Below, piece by piece: positions 28,622-37,769 of a DNA stretch of 64,000 bases. The notes below the pieces were generated by a model. It made no database searches, was not told the origin of the DNA, and was given only the letters and a program-made list of their open reading frames with translations. Position 1 is the stretch's first letter. Each line of letters starts with the position of its first letter. The position numbers and the translations under genes are program-made. Source of the DNA: an uncultured Oligoflexia bacterium (GTDB lineage: Bacteria; Bdellovibrionota; UBA1018; CAZJVD01); the NCBI GenBank assembly GCA_964549505.1, contig CAZJVD010000001.1, forward strand, positions 420,241 through 484,240. The letters are read 5' to 3'.

Positions 28622-30068
28622 TCTATTCTCGGGCTACTTAAGTGACGATACGATTGCCGCGCCCGCCACAGCGGTCGGGGGCGCGCTTGCGATCGTGCGC
28701 GTTTCAGGAAAGCGCGCGGGCGCGATTGTGTCCGAACTCTGTGCCGGCATTTCATCCGACCTCAAAGAGGCCCATGGTCGAGCGCGCTGGACGCCGATCG
28801 GGCGAAACCAGCTGATCGACGAAGGTGTCGTCACCTGTTTTGCCGGACCCGCAAGTTTTACGGGAGAAGATGTCGTCGAGTTTTCGGTTCATGGCGGCCC
28901 GGCCACCGTTGAAACCTTGGTTGCGAGCATCCTGGCTCTTGGAGCCCGGCAAGCGCGTCCAGGAGAGTTTAGTTTTCGTGCTTTCCGAAACGGGAAACTG
29001 TCTCTCAGGCAGGTGCAAGCACTCCCCGATTTGATCGCGGCACGATCCGAGCCCGCTCGTATCGAAGCTTTGGACCGTCTGACGGAGCGTGCGCCGGACC
29101 GGCTTGCGCTGATCACCGACCGTTTGATCGACGTGGTGGCGCAGCTTGAGCTTGGAATCGACTTCTCCGATCCCACTCAGGCCGATGTTCCCGAGCTCGA
29201 GCTTGCGAGTCTAAAACCCACGCTGAAAACTCTGTGCGACGAGCTCTCCGATCTCGAATCCGGCTATCGCCGCGCGCGTCGCATACGCCAAGGTGTTGCG
29301 CTCGCGACCGTGGGATTGCCAAACGCAGGCAAATCCAGCCTGTTCAATCGGTTACTCGCCTCAGATCGCGCCATTGTGAGCGATGTTCCCGGTACGACCC
29401 GTGATGCGCTTCGCGAGGATCTTCGGTTTCGTATTGAAGGCGGAAGCGAGGTCCACTTTGTTCTCCACGACACGGCCGGTATTCGAAAGACCGACGACCG
29501 TGTGGAAGCGCAGGGCGTGCTTCGATCGAAGGCAGCACTTCGGGAAGCAGAAATCGTTCTTTGGGTTTTGGATCCGCAAACACCGCGAAGTCAGTGGCTC
29601 GAGTTTTTTGAAGAGATCGGGGGCCCGCGTGACCGCGTGGTCGGTGTTCTCTCAAAGGCGGATCTTGCTGGGAGGTTCAGCTCGGCTGGTTTGTCCAATG
29701 GGGCCGACTTAGCGAGCACGCTCGAAAAGGAAACGGGTTTGGGCGAGTGGCTCGAAGTTTCAGCGGTCACCGGAGCAGGTGTCGATCGTTTGCTGCGTGC
29801 ACTCGTTCGGCGTTACCAGGCTCTCGCCAATCGTCAACCGGGCGAGTTTTTACTTTCGGGCGAAAGCGAACGCGATGCCTGTGTTGAAGCCGCGGCCGCA
29901 TTGAGACGTTCCATCGATGCCGACGACATTTCGATTGCAGCAGCTGAGATCAAGCAAGCGGCAAGTCTTCTGATGAGCGTCGCACTTCCGTCTAAAGCAG
30001 ATACAGGGAGTTCGTTCGCCGATCAGGTTTTAGGTCGAATCTTCTCGCGATTCTGCATCGGAAAATAA
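28599..30068 (+). CDS. mnmE: tRNA modification GTPase MnmE (TrmE)
   Basis: DTIAA, SFTGEDVVE, GLPNAGKSS, GTTRD, DTAGIR, C-terminal FCIGK. Confidence 0.97.
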   Translation: MEHSPNRDLFSGYLSDDTIAAPATAVGGALAIVRVSGKRAGAIVSELCAGISSDLKEAHGRARWTPIGRNQLIDEGVVTCFAGPASFTGEDVVEFSVHGGPATVETLVASILALGARQARPGEFSFRAFRNGKLSLRQVQALPDLIAARSEPARIEALDRLTERAPDRLALITDRLIDVVAQLELGIDFSDPTQADVPELELASLKPTLKTLCDELSDLESGYRRARRIRQGVALATVGLPNAGKSSLFNRLLASDRAIVSDVPGTTRDALREDLRFRIEGGSEVHFVLHDTAGIRKTDDRVEAQGVLRSKAALREAEIVLWVLDPQTPRSQWLEFFEEIGGPRDRVVGVLSKADLAGRFSSAGLSNGADLASTLEKETGLGEWLEVSAVTGAGVDRLLRALVRRYQALANRQPGEFLLSGESERDACVEAAAALRRSIDADDISIAAAEIKQAASLLMSVALPSKADTGSSFADQVLGRIFSRFCIGK

Positions 30069-30806
30069 GAAGGCTGTCGCAGCCTCTCCCATGCGTGTGC
30101 GGCAGTCGTCGATGTATCCGTTTCGGAACGCGATACCCTCCCCGGAGTCTCGCATAGCATCGATCTCAATCTGCGTTGTATCGCACTCGTCGGAGACGCC
30201 AGACAGATGTGCTGATTCGTGGATCATGGTTTGTCCTAAGGCTTTCGGCTGTGAGTAGAAAGCGTCTTGTACAACCCACCCACAGATATAGATCGTGGGG
30301 TCGATTTTCCGTCCGTTCTGGGGAACATAAGCATACGCCAAGATCGGTCTTGCGCACCCCGGGTGTTCTTGTCCCCGTTCAGGAGCTGCGATCGGGGCTC
30401 CCTCCAAGGTTTTGTAAAGCGTCGAGTACATCGCCGCTCGTTGTTCGTTCTTGGTTCGGCGCCACGCGCGCATCAATACTTGCTTTGCTTGAGTTCGCGC
30501 GCGCTCGACTAAGGCGTGCAAAGCAGGATCCATGGGTGCGGGTGGTTGGGCCCTTTTGCCGTTCACGCCGAGTTCCATGTCGTCGGTTGAGATTTCGTCA
30601 GCATCGCGTAGGCAGCTTGTTTCCCCCACAGGACTTATCGGCAAAAGCATCTCTTCAGCCGTCCACGGAGAGCTTTGCGCGATCGCCGTAGCGGCGGTCG
30701 TTATGCTGAGCGTGGCACCTATCACGACACTCGTTACACCCGTCAATACACTCATTCGTCCAATGACAGCGACGAGGCCAACCATGGCCTCGAGATATTT
30801 TTTCAT
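30030..30806 (-). CDS. Secreted HExxH metalloprotease-like protein (M35/aspzincin-like), tandem paralog 1
   Basis: Hydrophobic N-terminus; IYIC..F..TMIHESAH..DEC..SGEGIAFR. Confidence 0.75.
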   Translation of the reverse strand: MKKYLEAMVGLVAVIGRMSVLTGVTSVVIGATLSITTAATAIAQSSPWTAEEMLLPISPVGETSCLRDADEISTDDMELGVNGKRAQPPAPMDPALHALVERARTQAKQVLMRAWRRTKNEQRAAMYSTLYKTLEGAPIAAPERGQEHPGCARPILAYAYVPQNGRKIDPTIYICGWVVQDAFYSQPKALGQTMIHESAHLSGVSDECDTTQIEIDAMRDSGEGIAFRNGYIDDCRTRMGEAATAFLFSDAESREDST

Positions 30807-30819
30807 TTAGCCCCCCCGC

Positions 30820-31362
30820 TTAAATGCGGATGTTACAAACGTCGAAGTAAGTGCTCCGAAAAGCAATTCCTTCGCCGGACTCTTCCATGATGTCCGTCTC
30901 GATTTGAGTGGTCTTGCACTCGTCTAGTACCCACGACAGATGTGCTGCTTCGTGGATCAAGACTTGTGCGAGTTCTTTCGGACGTTCATAGAACGGGGTT
31001 TCAACAGCATCGGTACAGAGATAAATTCCTCGCCGCTTTATAACGGACGCAAAGGCAATCGTGTCCTCCGTGCACGAAAAGAATGTCGTTCCGAGATCGG
31101 GCCAACGAATCGAAACAGTATCGATCACCGCATGCACGTCGGCGTACTTTCGGGCTCTCTTGCGATCGTGGGTATTTTTCCAAGCGCGCGCAACGATCAG
31201 CTTTGCTCGGCGCCGAGCGGCCTCGACACGATCCTGTATGACGGAGTTCGGAGTGATGCGACGGACATCCTCGGATGTTCGAAGATCGTCAGCAATTGCG
31301 TGAACCCCGGGCGCAAGAAGCGCCGCGACAAGGCCAGCCTTGGCCATGGTTTTCGCTGTCAT
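30820..31362 (-). CDS. Secreted HExxH metalloprotease-like protein (~180 aa), tandem paralog 2
   Basis: True start probably ATG 31362 (GGGGG SD; signal MTAKTMAKAGLVAALLAPGVHA); IYLC..LIHEAAH..DEC..SGEGIAFR. The upstream part of the 470-aa ORF is only antisense to hbd. Confidence 0.75.
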   Translation of the reverse strand: MTAKTMAKAGLVAALLAPGVHAIADDLRTSEDVRRITPNSVIQDRVEAARRRAKLIVARAWKNTHDRKRARKYADVHAVIDTVSIRWPDLGTTFFSCTEDTIAFASVIKRRGIYLCTDAVETPFYERPKELAQVLIHEAAHLSWVLDECKTTQIETDIMEESGEGIAFRSTYFDVCNIRI

Positions 31363-31485
31363 CTGTTTTCCCCCTGACCGGCTCGCCGGTTTACCCGGGG
31401 ACGATCGTAGCAGAATATTTTTCGTTTTCAAAATTCGCTCGCCGGACGAAGGGCGCGCCACATATAAGGAGTGTGGAGATCTAAT

Positions 31486-32340
31486 ATGAAAACGATTCAA
31501 ACCATTGGCGTTCTGGGTGCCGGACAAATGGGGCAAGGAATAGCGCAGGTCGCCGCGACGTCGGGTTTCGCTGTGACGATAGTCGACCAGAACGCTGAGA
31601 CAGCACAGACCGGTATCGATCAGATCGCAAAACGTCTGAAAGGCGCCCTCGAAAAGGGGAAGCTGACGGCGGATGCCGTTCAGGCTGGCCAAAAGAACCT
31701 CAGGGCCGGGAAAAGCATGGACGACTTTGGTTCGGCGGATCTCGTGATCGAAGCCGTGACCGAGAATGTAACCGTCAAATTCGATCTTCTCCGAAAGCTC
31801 GACGCGGTCTGCCCGAAAGACGCTCTGATTGCGTCGAACACCTCGTCGATTAGCATCACGGAACTTGCGGCGGTCACGAAGCGACCGACTCAAGTCGCCG
31901 GGATGCATTTCATGAATCCTGTCCCTGTCATGAAGCTCGTCGAGGGTATTCGCGGTCTTCAGACATCCAACGAGACATTTAGTGCTGTTCGAGGCGTTGC
32001 TGAAAAGATGGGGAAAACGTTTATCGAGGCGCAAGACTCGCCAGGATTTGCGGTGAACCGCATTCTCATGCCGATGATCAATGAAGCCGTCACGACGCTG
32101 CACGAAGGCGTTGCGTCCGCACGCGATATTGATACAGCGATGAAACTCGGAACCAATCAACCGATGGGTCCGCTCGAACTCGCCGACTTCATCGGCCTCG
32201 ATACGTGTTTGGCGATCATGGAGGTTCTGCACACCGGGCTTGGCGATTCGAAGTATCGACCGTGTCCACTGTTACGAAAGTATGTTGCTGCCGGATGGTT
32301 CGGTCGAAAAACGAAACGAGGTTTCTTTGTCTACGAATAA
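31486..32340 (+). CDS. hbd: 3-hydroxybutyryl-CoA dehydrogenase
   Basis: GAGQMGQGIA, EAVTE, SNTSS, GMHFMNP, PMGPLELADFIGLD. Confidence 0.93.
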   Translation: MKTIQTIGVLGAGQMGQGIAQVAATSGFAVTIVDQNAETAQTGIDQIAKRLKGALEKGKLTADAVQAGQKNLRAGKSMDDFGSADLVIEAVTENVTVKFDLLRKLDAVCPKDALIASNTSSISITELAAVTKRPTQVAGMHFMNPVPVMKLVEGIRGLQTSNETFSAVRGVAEKMGKTFIEAQDSPGFAVNRILMPMINEAVTTLHEGVASARDIDTAMKLGTNQPMGPLELADFIGLDTCLAIMEVLHTGLGDSKYRPCPLLRKYVAAGWFGRKTKRGFFVYE

Positions 32341-33136
32341 TTTTTTGAACATTAAGATCACACGGGCGGACCAGGGTGAGGCTCCTGGCGTTGCACTTCT
32401 TACGATCGATCGCCCTGATGTTTTGAATGCACTCAACACAGAGACGCTCAAAGAGATGCGACGGGCGCTCGAAGAGTTATCGACGGACACGAGTGTTCGT
32501 GTCGTTGTACTGACGGGTTCGGGAGAGAAAGCTTTTATCGCTGGTGCGGACATTTCCGAGATGCATCAGAAGAACACAAGTCTCGGGATTTCGTTCGCAC
32601 AGATGGGTCAGGAAGTGACGAAGCTTCTTGAGTTTATGCCGAAGCCGACCATTGCAGCCGTGAACGGCTTTGCTCTTGGTGGCGGGACAGAGATGGCGAT
32701 TTCGTGTGACTTCATTGTTTGTAGCGAGAACGCCGTTTTTGGACAGCCGGAGGTGGCGCTTGGGATTATTCCAGGATTTGGGGGTACCGCGCGGCTTGCC
32801 AAGTTTGTTGGTTTTCCAAGAGCGAAGGAGCTGATCTTTTCTGGACGAAAAATCAAAGCCGACGAAGCCCTTCGCATCGGTCTCACGAATCGTGTTGTTC
32901 CGTTGAGTGAACTCAGAAAAACGGTCATCGATTTGGCGGGATTGATCAGTCGAAATAGTTTTTCAGCTGTGAGCACCGCAAAGGTTTTGCTCAATGAGTT
33001 CTCCGAATCAATTGGATTAAGTGCTAAGCTAGACGCCGAAGCCACTGAATTTGGAAAGCTCTTTGCCTCGCACGATCAGCGCGAAGGCATGGGAGCTTTC
33101 TTGGAAAAAAGAAAACCGAAATTTTTAGGACTTTAA
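32327..33136 (+). CDS. crt: Enoyl-CoA hydratase (crotonase)
   Basis: AFIAGADI, NGFALGGGTE, GQPEV.LGIIPGFGGT; TTG start after GAGG assumed. Confidence 0.9.
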   Translation: MSTNNFLNIKITRADQGEAPGVALLTIDRPDVLNALNTETLKEMRRALEELSTDTSVRVVVLTGSGEKAFIAGADISEMHQKNTSLGISFAQMGQEVTKLLEFMPKPTIAAVNGFALGGGTEMAISCDFIVCSENAVFGQPEVALGIIPGFGGTARLAKFVGFPRAKELIFSGRKIKADEALRIGLTNRVVPLSELRKTVIDLAGLISRNSFSAVSTAKVLLNEFSESIGLSAKLDAEATEFGKLFASHDQREGMGAFLEKRKPKFLGL

Positions 33137-33139
33137 ATC

Positions 33140-34309
33140 ATGGACCGTACCCGCGATTGGCCGGAAACAAGCGACGAAAAAACGATGCTCATCGATCAGG
33201 TGCGCGCGTTCTGTAAAAGCGAGATCGTACCGAAAGCCGCTCATCTCGATCATACGGGAGAGTTTCCAACGGAGATTTGCGCGAAGCTCGGCGAAATGGG
33301 TTTGATGGGGATGATGGTTGAGGAGAAGTGGGGCGGCGCCGGAATGGACACCGTCTCGTATGCGATGGCCCTTGAGGAGATCTCAACCGCCTGCGCTTCG
33401 TCCGCCGTTGTCGTGTCTGTTAACAACTCTCTCTTTGGCGCACCGGTTGCGAAGTTTGGAAACGATGCTCAGAAGGAAAAGTTTCTGAGACCCATCGCAA
33501 GCGGACAGAAGATTGGCTGTTTTGCGCTTTCGGAGCCAGGACACGGTTCGGATCCAGCAGGCATCAAGTGTGCGGCGAAAAAGGTCGATGGCGGTTACTT
33601 GATTCGCGGATCAAAGAACTGGATCACGAACGGTCGCGAAGCAGCGTATTGTTTGCTGTTTGCAACGACAGACCAGACGCAACGGCACAAAGCGATTGGG
33701 GCTTTCCTGGTCGACACGAAAGCCAAGGGATTCAAGGTTTCGAAACTCGAAGACAAGCTCGGTATCAAAGCATCGTCGACAGCAGCGCTTTTCTTCGACG
33801 ACGTCTTCGTTCCTGACTCGGATGTCTTGGCCCCTCCAGGCCAAGGTTTTAAGGTCGCCATGTGGACGCTCGACGGCGGACGGATCGGAATCGCAGCTCA
33901 GGCGCTCGGGATTGGTCGTTGTGCGTTCGAGGCTTCGAAAAAGTTTGCGGCGGAGCGCGAACAGTTCGGTGGACCGATCGCGCGCCTTCAAGCGATTCAA
34001 TTTTTCATCGCCGATATGGCTGTCAAGCTGCAAGCGGCTCGTCTGCTGACATGGCAAGCAGCGAAGCGAAAAGATCAGGGTCTTTCTTACGCACGCGAAG
34101 CTTCGATGGCGAAGCTCTACGCCTCAGAAGCGGCCAACTGGGTTGCGTACAAGGCGATTCAGGTCCACGGCGGTTACGGGTATACCAAGGAGTATGTCGT
34201 CGAACGCAATTTCCGCGATGCCAAAATCACCGAGATCTATGAAGGCACGAGCGAAGTGCAGCGAATCGTGATCGCAAAGCACGAGTTTGAGGGTTTGGCG
34301 AAACTCTAG
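33140..34309 (+). CDS. Short-chain acyl-CoA dehydrogenase (butyryl-CoA dehydrogenase-like)
   Basis: GCFALSEPG.GSD, GSKNWITN, LDGGRIGIAAQA, QVHGGYG, IYEGTSEVQR. Confidence 0.93.
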   Translation: MDRTRDWPETSDEKTMLIDQVRAFCKSEIVPKAAHLDHTGEFPTEICAKLGEMGLMGMMVEEKWGGAGMDTVSYAMALEEISTACASSAVVVSVNNSLFGAPVAKFGNDAQKEKFLRPIASGQKIGCFALSEPGHGSDPAGIKCAAKKVDGGYLIRGSKNWITNGREAAYCLLFATTDQTQRHKAIGAFLVDTKAKGFKVSKLEDKLGIKASSTAALFFDDVFVPDSDVLAPPGQGFKVAMWTLDGGRIGIAAQALGIGRCAFEASKKFAAEREQFGGPIARLQAIQFFIADMAVKLQAARLLTWQAAKRKDQGLSYAREASMAKLYASEAANWVAYKAIQVHGGYGYTKEYVVERNFRDAKITEIYEGTSEVQRIVIAKHEFEGLAKL

Positions 34310-34324
34310 GCGAAGACGCTCCCT

Positions 34325-36007
34325 ATGAAACCAAAGCAAGACAACCAACTAGCAGATCGTTTGAAAGCCTGGGACTCGCGGCGCAAGGACGCTGAGAAAA
34401 AGGCCCCACAACGCGACGTTCGCTTCACCACATTGAGTGATATGGACGTGCCTCTGCTGAGTACGCCGCTCGATCTCGAGAGTATCGGATTTGATTACGA
34501 GCGCGATCTCGGATTTCCTGGTGAGTTTCCGTACACGCGCGGTGTTCAGCGCAACATGTACCGAGGCAAACTTTGGACCATGCGGCAGTTTGCGGGTTAT
34601 GCAAGTGCGAAGCAAACCAATGCCCGGTTCAAACTTTTGCTCGAGCAAGGTCAGATGGGGCTTTCGACGGCGTTCGATCTACCGACGCTCATGGGTTACG
34701 ACCCCGACCATGTTTTCTCGAAAGGCGAAGTCGGAAAGTGCGGCGTGAGCATCGCCACACTCGAGGACATGGAAGAGCTCTATGCCGGAATTCCGCTCGG
34801 TGATGTCACGACCTCGATGACCATCAACGGGCCGGCGATCGTTTTCATGTGCATGTACTTTGCGGTCGCGGAGAAACAAGGTGTTCCGAAAGAGAAAATT
34901 CGCGGCACACTCCAGAACGATATTCTCAAAGAGTACATTGCTCAAAAAGAATGGCTCTTTCCTGTCGATCCCGGTTTCAAGCTCGTGATCGACACGATCG
35001 AGTACGGAACTGAGCTCTATCCAAACTGGAACACAGTGAGCATCAGCGGCTATCATATCCGTGAAGCCGGTGCGACGGCTGTTCAGGAACTCGCTTTCAC
35101 GCTTGCGGATGGGATTGCCTACGTCGAGGGTGCCCTGAAGCGCGGGATGAGCGTCGATGATTTTGCGCCGAGGCTCAGTTTCTTTTTTGACGTTCACAAC
35201 GACTTTTTCGAAGAAATCGCAAAGTTTCGAGCGGCTCGTCGGATCTGGGCCCACGTCATGCGAGAGCGATTCGGCGCAAAGGATCCAAAGTCATGGATGC
35301 TTCGAACGCACGCACAGACCGCTGGGGTTTCCCTCACGGCTCAACAACCGCACAACAATATCGTGCGTGTGACGGTTCAGGCGCTTGCGGGGATTTTAGG
35401 CGGAACGAACTCGCTTCACACAAACTCGATGGACGAGACACTCGCACTGCCCACTGACGATGCAGTGATGATCGCGTTGCGGACCCAGCAGATTCTGGCC
35501 GAAGAGAGCGGCGTCGCGAACGTCGCGGACCCACTGGCCGGTTCGTATTTTATCGAAACACTCACGAAGCGGGTCGAAGACGAAGCCTTGGCGTATATTG
35601 CGAAGATCGATGCGATGGGCGGAATGTTGCGTGCGATTGAAAAGGGTTATCCGCAAGCTGAGATTGCAAACTCGGCATACCAGTACCAGAAACAACTGGA
35701 GTCCAAAGAGAAGATCATTGTTGGTGTGAACAAGTACCAAGCCGACGAAAAAAAGCACAAGATCGACACGCTTTATATTGATCGCCAGGTTGAAGCCAAT
35801 CAGATCAAGCGCATGAACGCCGTCAAGCGAAAGCGCAGTCAGCGCGGTGTCGACGACGCGTTACGCGAACTCAAAAATGCGGCCGAGTCCGACAAAAATC
35901 TCTGCCCACCCGTGATGAAATGCGTTCAGAGTCTGGCAACGCTCCAAGAAACCTGTGATGTTCTGAGAAAAATCTATGGCGAGTACAAAGAAGCGACCGG
36001 CTACTAA
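34325..36007 (+). CDS. icmA: B12-dependent acyl-CoA mutase large subunit, isobutyryl-CoA mutase type
   Basis: WTMRQFAG (Phe instead of the MCM Tyr) and KEYIAQKEW (Gln instead of the MCM Arg); SISGYHIRE. Confidence 0.8.
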   Translation: MKPKQDNQLADRLKAWDSRRKDAEKKAPQRDVRFTTLSDMDVPLLSTPLDLESIGFDYERDLGFPGEFPYTRGVQRNMYRGKLWTMRQFAGYASAKQTNARFKLLLEQGQMGLSTAFDLPTLMGYDPDHVFSKGEVGKCGVSIATLEDMEELYAGIPLGDVTTSMTINGPAIVFMCMYFAVAEKQGVPKEKIRGTLQNDILKEYIAQKEWLFPVDPGFKLVIDTIEYGTELYPNWNTVSISGYHIREAGATAVQELAFTLADGIAYVEGALKRGMSVDDFAPRLSFFFDVHNDFFEEIAKFRAARRIWAHVMRERFGAKDPKSWMLRTHAQTAGVSLTAQQPHNNIVRVTVQALAGILGGTNSLHTNSMDETLALPTDDAVMIALRTQQILAEESGVANVADPLAGSYFIETLTKRVEDEALAYIAKIDAMGGMLRAIEKGYPQAEIANSAYQYQKQLESKEKIIVGVNKYQADEKKHKIDTLYIDRQVEANQIKRMNAVKRKRSQRGVDDALRELKNAAESDKNLCPPVMKCVQSLATLQETCDVLRKIYGEYKEATGY

Positions 36008-36455
36008 AGGGACTCAGAAACAGAGCACGGCGCCGAAAGCGCCAGCCCGCGCGGTAGCGACGGGTCCCATCCGTGTTCTTGTCGCAAAACCCGGTTTGGA
36101 CGGGCACGACCGTGGCGCGAAAGTGATCGTGCGAGGATTACGGGATGCTGGTTTTGAAGTCGTCTACACGGGCCTGCGACAAACGCCCGAGATGATCGTC
36201 AACGCTTCGGTCGACGAGGATGTTCAAGTCGTGGGTCTCAGCATCTTGTCGGGAGCACACAACGCCATTGTTCCTGAAGTGATCTCGGGTCTGAAAAAGC
36301 GTGGCTTGGGCGATGCTCTTGTTTTGGTGGGTGGTATTATTCCCGAAGACGATTTTGCTGCTCTCAAAAAGAAGGGTGTTCATATGATCTTCACACCCGG
36401 AACGAGTCTTGAAGAAATTGTTCGCTATATTCGAGCAAACGCACCCGGTCGTTAA
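35976..36455 (+). CDS. icmB: Cobalamin-binding small subunit of the acyl-CoA mutase
   Basis: [12 protein letters not shown] (DxHxxG), [14 protein letters not shown]. Confidence 0.85.
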   Translation: MASTKKRPATKGTQKQSTAPKAPARAVATGPIRVLVAKPGLDGHDRGAKVIVRGLRDAGFEVVYTGLRQTPEMIVNASVDEDVQVVGLSILSGAHNAIVPEVISGLKKRGLGDALVLVGGIIPEDDFAALKKKGVHMIFTPGTSLEEIVRYIRANAPGR

Positions 36456-37590
36456 GCGGGCCGCGCGATTTTTTGTCGCCGCTCTTGTTGTCGGTCTCGG
36501 CACCGCGCTCGTTCGAGACACCGTTTATCAGGGTCAAGATTTTCTCGTGTTTTGGCGCGCCGGACGCGCGCTTCTTGACGGACAAGCTGTCTACTCGATC
36601 GCACGTGATGGAGCGATGGTTTACAAGTACCCGCCGTGGACCGTTCCATTCTTTGTTCCTTTCGCTCTTCTTCCCGAAGTCGCCGCGCGCTGGTGTTTTG
36701 GCGTTTTCAATCTCGTCTGTTTGTTTGCGATCTTTCGGTGGTTAAAAAAATCGGGTCTCGCAAGGTCGTCGATCGTTCTCTGTGCATTTCTGTTCTGGGG
36801 GATCTGGGCGGTTCATGCTTTGGACGGTCAGATCGGTCTCTTCATGCTCGCGCTCGGACTTCATCTCTTTGCTGCTCGAGAGCGACCTTGGGCACAGGGG
36901 TTGTTGGTATGGGTGCTCTCTTTCAAGCTTTTCCCACTCTTCTTGGTGCCACTCTTTTTTCGTCCGCGCGCATGGTTTTCCGTTGCGAGCTCTGGCGCGC
37001 TTGTTTGCCTGGTCTTGAGCTTTCCGATTTTCCTACGCTCTCCAACCGGCACTACGGTTCGTGAAACCGTAACGCACTGGCTTGACGCCGCCCGGTCAGG
37101 CGGCACCCAGTTTGGCGATGAAAAAATCCGCGGTCGCGACAATCAGGGTTTGCCCGCTCTGGCGATGCGGGCGCTCAAGATTCCCGCGTCGGATACGCGC
37201 GCGGATCTCATCGCAGCGCTCGTGATTTTCATGGTTGTCGGCTTGTGGTTTCTTTGGATTTCAAAAAACTGGGATGATGACGAACGTTATCTCGCTGCAT
37301 GGGCGCTCCTGCCGGCGCTCCACCCGCTTGCGTGGTTTCATCTCTTTGTTTGGGCGTTTCCGTTTGCAGTACTGAGGGTGTCGCGTTCCGAGACGGGTCG
37401 GAGTTTAGCTTTGGCCTTAATTGCGGTGTCGGCGGTTGCGTTGTTTACGCAGAGAACACTGTTTGGACTGGGGCAAGCGTTGGAACTCTTATCGATCAAA
37501 TCTTTGGGCGTTGCCGCGTTGATCTTGTTAGCCGGGCCGCGGGTTCGCAAGTCCAGACCGCCATTTCTGAAAAGCCCGTCGACCGCTTGA
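36409..37590 (+). CDS. GT87/DUF2029-family polytopic GT-C glycosyltransferase
   Basis: DF.VFW.AG..LL.G..VY...YKYPP motif and multiple TM helices. Confidence 0.8.
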   Translation: MKKLFAIFEQTHPVVKRAARFFVAALVVGLGTALVRDTVYQGQDFLVFWRAGRALLDGQAVYSIARDGAMVYKYPPWTVPFFVPFALLPEVAARWCFGVFNLVCLFAIFRWLKKSGLARSSIVLCAFLFWGIWAVHALDGQIGLFMLALGLHLFAARERPWAQGLLVWVLSFKLFPLFLVPLFFRPRAWFSVASSGALVCLVLSFPIFLRSPTGTTVRETVTHWLDAARSGGTQFGDEKIRGRDNQGLPALAMRALKIPASDTRADLIAALVIFMVVGLWFLWISKNWDDDERYLAAWALLPALHPLAWFHLFVWAFPFAVLRVSRSETGRSLALALIAVSAVALFTQRTLFGLGQALELLSIKSLGVAALILLAGPRVRKSRPPFLKSPSTA

Positions 37591-37769
37591 TAGACATGAT
37601 TGAGCTCTTCGTAAGAAACGTCGGCGACCGCACTCGGTGCGATTGAAACGGCTGCTATTAAGAAACCAACTACGTACAACACGGTTCTAAAGACCATTTA
37701 ATACGAGTCCGGCTTTAAGTTCAATCGGCAGAAATTGACCGCAGTGGAGCGGAGTGTTACCGATCGGCT

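Noticed and set aside
31363-32232. N-terminal ~290 aa of the 470-aa minus-strand ORF
   Set aside because: Antisense shadow of hbd; the real gene starts at about 31362 with an SD and signal peptide.
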